A DNA stretch of 22,431 nt from a virus, in IMG/VR virus record IMGVR_UViG_3300028584_001239; one strand, written 5' to 3'. The notes below the pieces were generated by a model. That model ran no database searches. It was not told the origin of the DNA and saw only the letters and a program-made list of their open reading frames with translations. The position numbers were made by a program, and so were the translations under genes. Below are positions 17,036 through 22,431 of the stretch, piece after piece (position 1 is the stretch's first letter; each line of letters begins with the position of its first letter).

Positions 17036-17479
17036 TTAAAGTTTATTGCCATCAAGAATAATAGTATTACCATTGTTTTCAACTTTAGCATGAATAGCAA
17101 TATCTTTATTTGATGTCAATCTGTATGTCATGTAAATATTTTTTTCTAGATTTCTTAAAGAAGTAACAAAATCAAAAGATTTATTTCCTGAAATGAGATC
17201 TGCTACAATTTCTAGTTGTCCATGTGTATTAATGTTTCGAACAACCAATTCAAGCTCAGCAGCCTTTTCACTCGGCGTGCTTGGTCGAGCATAGATAACA
17301 TTTTCACGACACAAAAACTCAACAGAATAATCATCGTCTGTCATAAATTCTAAACAACGGTCTGGTTTTAAATCGAGGGCTTTGCTCACTCGACTTTCTT
17401 TTAATACAAAAACAGCCAATGTATTGTAATGTTTAGCCAAACTGAAGCCTTTTGCAACCATAAAAATTTTGTGTGACAT
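17036..17479 (-). CDS. hypothetical protein (147 aa)
   Basis: GAGG RBS and its own promoter. Confidence 0.8.
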   Translation of the reverse strand: MSHKIFMVAKGFSLAKHYNTLAVFVLKESRVSKALDLKPDRCLEFMTDDDYSVEFLCRENVIYARPSTPSEKAAELELVVRNINTHGQLEIVADLISGNKSFDFVTSLRNLEKNIYMTYRLTSNKDIAIHAKVENNGNTIILDGNKL

Positions 17480-17505
17480 GATAAAGACCTCATTAAATTT
17501 TGTAA

Positions 17506-17534
17506 ATTATATCATTTTAAGGCTTAAATTGCAA
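17506..17534 (-). promoter_or_regulatory. extended -10 sigma70 promoter; the -35 overlaps the end of the upstream gene
   Basis: TTGCAA-N17(TG-A)-TATAAT. Confidence 0.75.
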
Positions 17535-18342
17535 TCATTTTTAAGAGTTGAACATCTTCTGTGGTTTGTGGGTAACCTACTTCTTGCCATCCATTATAAT
17601 GCGAATTCAAATAATAGTCTTTCATTAAATTGATCGCATTATCATAGTTATGCAACACGGAAATGCCTTTTTTTGTTAAACCTTTTCCTGAAATCAACAA
17701 TTTTAAATCATCAAAAATAAGATCTAAATCAATGTTTTGAATAATGGTGTCAGTTTCATGTTTATTTAATAATGCTTTTTTATGTGTTAAATCATTTTTA
17801 TCTGAAACAAGGAATAAATGTGGAAAAGTATTGAAAAACATTAATTCATTATCTTTCATAGTGACATATGATTCTTGTGAATAAGAATGCGTTACATTAT
17901 CTACTTCGTGCTCATAAGTATAAATATTCTTCTGAATGGCGTATTCAACTTCATTAATAACCAACAAATATTTATGACTAATAGTTTTAGTCAATACCGG
18001 TTTAAAACTGGCAATATCTAAGAAGTGAATAAACTTCAATATCTCAGATAAAAAGCGTTCACTTGCCCCACTGAGTGGTTCAAATCTTTTATCCATTATT
18101 TTTTTTGAGATATCGTTGTAACCAACCAACATATCTCTACGGCCCAAACCAAAAATAGCAAGAAAAGTATGAGTATCCTTATCCAGAATAAAATAATAAT
18201 CTTTTTTCAATGAAGATTGCAGTGTGTAAAGGCTAGATGATTTAACACCAAGCAAAAAGGCTAACAATTTTCGTTTAAGAATACAGGAAAGATAGTCCAA
18301 TATCTTGGCTATCTTCCCTTTTTTTGGTTCATTTTCGTTCAT
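17524..18342 (-). CDS. hypothetical 272-aa protein with C-terminal Met(-4) motif
   Basis: ATGA overlap with the upstream gene. Ends YPQTTEDVQLLKMIAI*. Confidence 0.85.
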   Translation of the reverse strand: MNENEPKKGKIAKILDYLSCILKRKLLAFLLGVKSSSLYTLQSSLKKDYYFILDKDTHTFLAIFGLGRRDMLVGYNDISKKIMDKRFEPLSGASERFLSEILKFIHFLDIASFKPVLTKTISHKYLLVINEVEYAIQKNIYTYEHEVDNVTHSYSQESYVTMKDNELMFFNTFPHLFLVSDKNDLTHKKALLNKHETDTIIQNIDLDLIFDDLKLLISGKGLTKKGISVLHNYDNAINLMKDYYLNSHYNGWQEVGYPQTTEDVQLLKMIAI

Positions 18343-18938
18343 TGGGAGTAACTGACTTCACAAGCTTTGAGTGCTTCAATCATACTCTGGTCAATACACC
18401 CAGCCATGCCGTTTTTATCAACATCATAACCGATGAATCCACAGATGGACTCTTCCACTTCGCCTTCATCATCAAGAATTTCAAGCGTATAAATATCACC
18501 AGTCAAATAGGCATCATAAGCCGCTACTTCGCTATCAATATGACGTTCAGCGACTTCAAGCATCTTTTCTTTAATTTTCTTACCCATTCGTTTAATGCCG
18601 AATTCTGATTTGATTGCATCTTTGAAAACAATGATTTCACCCACTTGACCACTATCCCATTTGCAAGAGAATGGTGTAGTTGCCATTGTGATTCCACTGT
18701 GATCATACAAGTAAAGCGGTTTACTGGTAAAGATAATATCAGCTTTGTAAGCCAAGTTAATGAGTTCACCCAAGGATTTATCACGGGCAGAAACATCCAG
18801 TTTCCCTGCGAGGATTTCAACCGCTCTGCTGTCACCCAAGTTATAGCGACCGTGCTCACATGCCATTAGACAAAAGTTGTCAGAATCAGTACGTGGGTTA
18901 GATGGGTCGGTGTCTGGAACAATGCGTAGTGTGGTCAT
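18339..18938 (-). CDS. conserved phage/mobile-element-type hypothetical protein (199 aa)
   Basis: Motifs D.D..NPR, PLYLYDHSGITM..PFSCKWDSGQVG, YDAYLTGDIY, S.CGFIG look like a conserved family of unknown function (from recall, not searched). GAGG RBS. Confidence 0.8.
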   Translation of the reverse strand: MTTLRIVPDTDPSNPRTDSDNFCLMACEHGRYNLGDSRAVEILAGKLDVSARDKSLGELINLAYKADIIFTSKPLYLYDHSGITMATTPFSCKWDSGQVGEIIVFKDAIKSEFGIKRMGKKIKEKMLEVAERHIDSEVAAYDAYLTGDIYTLEILDDEGEVEESICGFIGYDVDKNGMAGCIDQSMIEALKACEVSYSQ

Positions 18939-18970
18939 GAGATAAATCCTCTACTGTTAATGTGGGGTTA

Positions 18971-18999
18971 ATTATACCAAAAGATTAAGCTTTATGCAA
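18971..18999 (-). promoter_or_regulatory. extended -10 sigma70 promoter
   Basis: TTGCAT-N17(TG-G)-TATAAT. Confidence 0.8.
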
Positions 19000-19000
19000 T

Positions 19001-19023
19001 AAAAAAGCCCCTAGAAGGGGCTT
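19001..19023 (-). terminator. intrinsic terminator after the cell-wall hydrolase gene
   Basis: Minus strand AAGCCCCT-TCT-AGGGGC-TTTTTT. Confidence 0.85.
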
Positions 19024-19032
19024 ATTTATTCA

Positions 19033-19695
19033 TTAAAACACGTAGGTTCTATCAGAGCTAAGGAACAAATGATTACCAACCTTGGCAACCTGTCCCATTT
19101 GCGAAACCCAGTGCGGAGTCTTGGAGACTTTATCTGGATTGTAATAGTGGTCTGCGTTTTTAACGTATTTCGGATATTTATTTTTCAAAACCCCATAAGC
19201 ATATTCAAGAGCTTTGTTATAAGCAGCACCATTTCTGAATGCCTTTTGAATGACGCCTTGTTCAATCTCACACACATAAGAAAAGTGACAAATACCTTTA
19301 TCGTTTTTCTGGTGGACTACACCATAAACGCTCTTAGGAAACCCAGCACGTTTGGTTCGTTCCAAAATCACTTGACCCACAGAGATTTGACCTTTTTGGT
19401 TTTCTCCACGAGCTTCAAAGTAGATAGCTTCTGCCATAATCTTACAATTTACATCTAGTTTACAGGCTGCAATGTTTTTCTTTCTAGTGAATTCAGCTTC
19501 TGCAATCTTTCGTTTTTCTTTGTTTTTAACAAGAGAAACAATATAGCTTTCATCAATATTTACGTTTTTAATATGTACCACGCCACCATTTTGTTTCCGA
19601 AGTTCACTGCGAGAGTGAGCATCATAAGCTTGCGAAGCAAAGCAGGCGGTTCCAGCAAGAGCAAAAGATAAAGCAAAAAAATCTATTGATTTCAT
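19033..19695 (-). CDS. cell wall hydrolase, SleB/CwlJ (Hydrolase_2) lytic transglycosylase family, with an N-terminal signal-like segment
   Basis: AEAIYFEARGE..GQISVGQVILER...FPKSVYGVVHQ..CHFSY..ADHYYNP..PHW..VGNHLF. Confidence 0.9.
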   Translation of the reverse strand: MKSIDFFALSFALAGTACFASQAYDAHSRSELRKQNGGVVHIKNVNIDESYIVSLVKNKEKRKIAEAEFTRKKNIAACKLDVNCKIMAEAIYFEARGENQKGQISVGQVILERTKRAGFPKSVYGVVHQKNDKGICHFSYVCEIEQGVIQKAFRNGAAYNKALEYAYGVLKNKYPKYVKNADHYYNPDKVSKTPHWVSQMGQVAKVGNHLFLSSDRTYVF

Positions 19696-19728
19696 CTGTT
19701 TACGTTCCTTTGTTTTGAAAGAACGCGA

Positions 19729-19757
19729 AGTATATCAAAAAGTTTACAGGTTGGCAA
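19729..19757 (-). promoter_or_regulatory. extended -10 sigma70 promoter
   Basis: TTGCCA-N17(TG-A)-TATACT. Confidence 0.8.
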
Positions 19758-19785
19758 GCATTTTAATATTAAATAATCAATATGG

Positions 19786-19813
19786 TTGACTTTTCTAATA
19801 GATTAACTATCAT
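19786..19813 (+). promoter_or_regulatory. possible promoter of the DUF305 gene
   Basis: TTGACT-N16-TATCAT with a small dyad TCTA-A-TAGA in the spacer. Confidence 0.45.
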
Positions 19814-19846
19814 ATTAGCAATATTAAAAAAAAGAGGATTTTAAAT

Positions 19847-20332
19847 ATGAAAAAGATAGGATCAATGACTAAGATAGCGATGTTAACTATTATAGCTGCC
19901 GCATCTGGTATTGTATGTGCTTCCGAAATTATAGAACACGAACATAAGGAAATGTTAACACAATATTCATCACCTTATGCGAATGAGTATAATAAAGTCA
20001 ATGCAGACATGCACAAAGGCATGAATGTTTACGATAAAGGCGACCCTGACGTTTATTTTGTTGAGTCTATGCTTGCCCACCACATTGGTGCGGTTGAAAT
20101 GGCACAAGTTCAATTGAAATATGGTATGGACGAAGAAATGAGACAACTAGCCCGTGACATTATTGCAGCACAAGACATTGAGATAAAGATGATGAAACAA
20201 TGGCTAAAAGACCACCCAGCAGAACCCATTCAAGGTGTTCCGGTTCCAAGAACAATGAACATGGGCAAAGGTTTAGAACAATCAGTGCCTCGATACCCAG
20301 ATATACCCACCAACGTTCATAAAAATCATTAA
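19847..20332 (+). CDS. DUF305 / CopM-like secreted metal (copper)-binding protein
   Basis: Signal peptide; His/Met-rich; MHKGM..GDPDVYFVESMLAHHIGAVEMAQVQLKYG.D.EMRQLARDIIAAQ..EI..M..WL. Confidence 0.85.
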   Translation: MKKIGSMTKIAMLTIIAAASGIVCASEIIEHEHKEMLTQYSSPYANEYNKVNADMHKGMNVYDKGDPDVYFVESMLAHHIGAVEMAQVQLKYGMDEEMRQLARDIIAAQDIEIKMMKQWLKDHPAEPIQGVPVPRTMNMGKGLEQSVPRYPDIPTNVHKNH

Positions 20333-20336
20333 CAAG

Positions 20337-20355
20337 ACGGCGAGAGCCGTTTTTT
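20337..20355 (+). terminator. intrinsic terminator with a GNRA loop
   Basis: ACGGC-GAGA-GCCGT-TTTTT. Confidence 0.85.
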
Positions 20356-21277
20356 AATAAATAGCCATTTTAAACAACTCCATTTCATCATCTGAAATGT
20401 GGCTAGTGTCTTCAATATTGATTCCACATTGAGCACAATGGTCAATAAACTGTTCACTGGCTTTTATTTTAATCAATTCATATATTATGTTTTCAAGATA
20501 TTGATGGACTGTTCTATAAGTCGATTTCTCAATATTCGTTGTTTTAGTGCCATTATGATAATTAATAGATATTTTTTCAAGTGTATATTCTTCAATGAAA
20601 TGAACCATGTGCATACACTTCAAATCAAAATAAACCAAACAAAACTTATCTTCTTTATCAATGAAGAAAGGTCTTAACAAATTACAATTAGTGTCTAAGA
20701 AATGAATGTTTTGCAAGGATTTCTTTGGGATGTAGTCATTCTTTATTTTTTCATAAACCACACCATCAATGACCGTTATATGTTTAGATGAATAGGCTGG
20801 ATGATTAACGCCTCTCAATGTTAATTTGTAATCAACCATGCTAATAGAGGTGTAATTTTTTTCAAAAAAGAAACTCAATAAATCATCAGATGTATATTGT
20901 GAGGATAGAGATTCAGCTAAACGCAAGAAGGCTTCTGGAGCACAGCGAGTAAATGGACAATCACACAGAATCTGTGAAAGTGTCGTCTTAATATTCATTC
21001 GAGCAAGAATCGCTTCGCCAGTAATCAGACCTTGCTCTTTACGAGTCAACAGTTTTGCATCTGATGAATACTTAAACGTAGAAATACAGTTTCCTTTATA
21101 AAAAACACGCACATTGAAAAACCTATTAAAATGCCTAATATCATAAACTAAACCATTAGTTAATACAGCATAATAGACACCATTGAGTTCTTTCACTTCG
21201 CCACACTCTTCACGAACAAGAGATTTAGCTTTATTGAATTTCAGGGAGAACCATAAGTTTTTCAGAAAGGTGATCAT
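20354..21277 (-). CDS. hypothetical 307-aa protein with C-terminal Met(-4) motif
   Basis: GAGG RBS. Ends SHISDDEMELFKMAIY*. Confidence 0.85.
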   Translation of the reverse strand: MITFLKNLWFSLKFNKAKSLVREECGEVKELNGVYYAVLTNGLVYDIRHFNRFFNVRVFYKGNCISTFKYSSDAKLLTRKEQGLITGEAILARMNIKTTLSQILCDCPFTRCAPEAFLRLAESLSSQYTSDDLLSFFFEKNYTSISMVDYKLTLRGVNHPAYSSKHITVIDGVVYEKIKNDYIPKKSLQNIHFLDTNCNLLRPFFIDKEDKFCLVYFDLKCMHMVHFIEEYTLEKISINYHNGTKTTNIEKSTYRTVHQYLENIIYELIKIKASEQFIDHCAQCGINIEDTSHISDDEMELFKMAIY

Positions 21278-21285
21278 GTATAACC

Positions 21286-22431
21286 TCAGTAATCGTGCAT
21301 TTTTAAGACCTCTATTATATCATGATCGATAGGTGTTTGGCAATCATGAAACCCTAACTCATCTAGCTTTTTCAACAAACTATTAGATGGGTGTTTAAGG
21401 CAAATTGTAAACACTTCCAAAGCCACATTTTTAAAAACAGCATGAAAAAACACATTCATGTCTATTTTTGTAATAGGTTTAATGAGGCCAACCTCCAAAT
21501 TAAGTTCTGATCTGGATATCTCAACATTGACTTCTGCTGAACGATAACCATCAATATAATCAAGAATAAAATTATCTTTATTACGTGAAATTTTACAAGG
21601 ACTATTTTTATGAAATAATACAGGTGGTGAACACAAATCAATATACAGATGTAAATAATAAAACATTTCACTGATAATGTCATTAAGTGATTGTCGTTCA
21701 GTATAAAGTAGCCATTCTTTATCCGTTCCTAATGACACCATATCAAAAATATTTTTCAATACACACACTACACCATTGATGTCATACACAGTTAAAATGT
21801 CAGTTATTTTTTTAGTATCAGTCAGAAAGCAACTCAATGTCATTTTGTTAACACGTTTAGTAATTTTTTTCTTTTTTAAAACAATCAATTGATATTCGAC
21901 ATTATCAATAAATACACTATTCCGATTAACATTTAAACCAGTGTCAGAATACAATTCATTTCTAGCCAATAAGTATGAATGTAGATTTTTTTTAGCCGAA
22001 TTATCTTTTATAAAAGATTCAAACTTTTTTTTGTTTAACCCAACTCTATTGATAAAAATAGGATGTAAAAGACTGTTGTGATTTTTTTCTTGGTTAATGT
22101 GTGTAGTGCAATCTTTTATAGAAGGTATATCGCGGGCGTCTACTAGAAAGACAGGGTTTTCAAAACAATGTTTGATGATAAATTTTTCAACAGTCAAGTT
22201 GGAATCATAAAGCACTGCAAAATTAATCAAAGAATGATTATTATCACTATTTTTAACATTGAATAGCAAAACATTACGGCCTTTATCAGATCCAAGACGA
22301 ATGCTAGCAAAAAGACCTTCATTTTTGTACAAATAATGATGCTCTGATAACCTGTGTATAGACGATCTGCTATCAATATAAATAAGTTTTTTAAATAGCA
22401 TTTCTTTTATTTTTTTTATTAATGTCATCAT
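21286..22431 (-). CDS. hypothetical protein of at least 381 aa with C-terminal Met(-4) motif; start at the window edge
   Basis: Long ORF. Ends TPIDHDIIEVLKMHDY*. Confidence 0.8.
   Translation of the reverse strand: MMTLIKKIKEMLFKKLIYIDSRSSIHRLSEHHYLYKNEGLFASIRLGSDKGRNVLLFNVKNSDNNHSLINFAVLYDSNLTVEKFIIKHCFENPVFLVDARDIPSIKDCTTHINQEKNHNSLLHPIFINRVGLNKKKFESFIKDNSAKKNLHSYLLARNELYSDTGLNVNRNSVFIDNVEYQLIVLKKKKITKRVNKMTLSCFLTDTKKITDILTVYDINGVVCVLKNIFDMVSLGTDKEWLLYTERQSLNDIISEMFYYLHLYIDLCSPPVLFHKNSPCKISRNKDNFILDYIDGYRSAEVNVEISRSELNLEVGLIKPITKIDMNVFFHAVFKNVALEVFTICLKHPSNSLLKKLDELGFHDCQTPIDHDIIEVLKMHDY

Noticed and set aside
2307-21683. Short alternative-frame or antisense ORFs in the track (2307, 2422, 5453, 8741, 9028, 9689, 10001, 11166, 11264, 11439, 12389, 12567, 12793, 13060, 14082, 14821, 14915, 16425, 18324, 18524, 18645, 19069, 20399, 21462)
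   Set aside because: They lie within or largely overlap longer, better-supported genes and show no recognisable motifs, so they are treated as shadow ORFs.
1-22431. tRNA, rRNA, integrase, transposase or structural virion genes
   Set aside because: None recognised. Intergenic gaps are short and explained by promoters and terminators, so the phage assignment remains an inference.
1-22431. Alternative genetic code (stop-codon readthrough) as an explanation for the shared C-termini
   Set aside because: Tagged genes end in all three stop codons (TAA, TAG, TGA), coding density is high under the standard code, and the stops are followed by promoters or RBSs of the next gene.

Overview
AT-rich (roughly 30% GC by eye), gene-dense window with almost all genes on the minus strand. 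It is most consistent with an accessory or early region of a large (jumbo) phage or phage-like mega-element infecting a Gram-negative host. This is inference: no capsid, terminase or replication hallmark gene lies in the window. Recognisable genes: a MerR-like HTH plus vWA (MIDAS) operon, a trypsin-like lipoprotein whose catalytic Ser is replaced by Pro, a YfbR/DatZ-like HD nucleotidase, a SleB/Hydrolase_2 cell-wall hydrolase and a DUF305/CopM-like periplasmic metal-binding protein. Most other genes belong to expanded paralog families: six ~250-aa tandem genes, three ~400-aa-type genes, two small acidic partner genes plus a 21-codon remnant, and two 3-TM proteins. About 16 intergenic regions carry a near-stereotyped sigma70 promoter (TTGnnn-N17-TAnnnT, nearly always with an extended -10 TG). 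The most striking observation is that 12 proteins from several apparently unrelated families all end in the same C-terminal motif, hydrophobic-x-hydrophobic-x-x-Met-x-x-hydrophobic-stop, with Met at position -4 (or -5). This suggests a shared C-terminal sorting or docking signal attached to diversified cargo or effector proteins.
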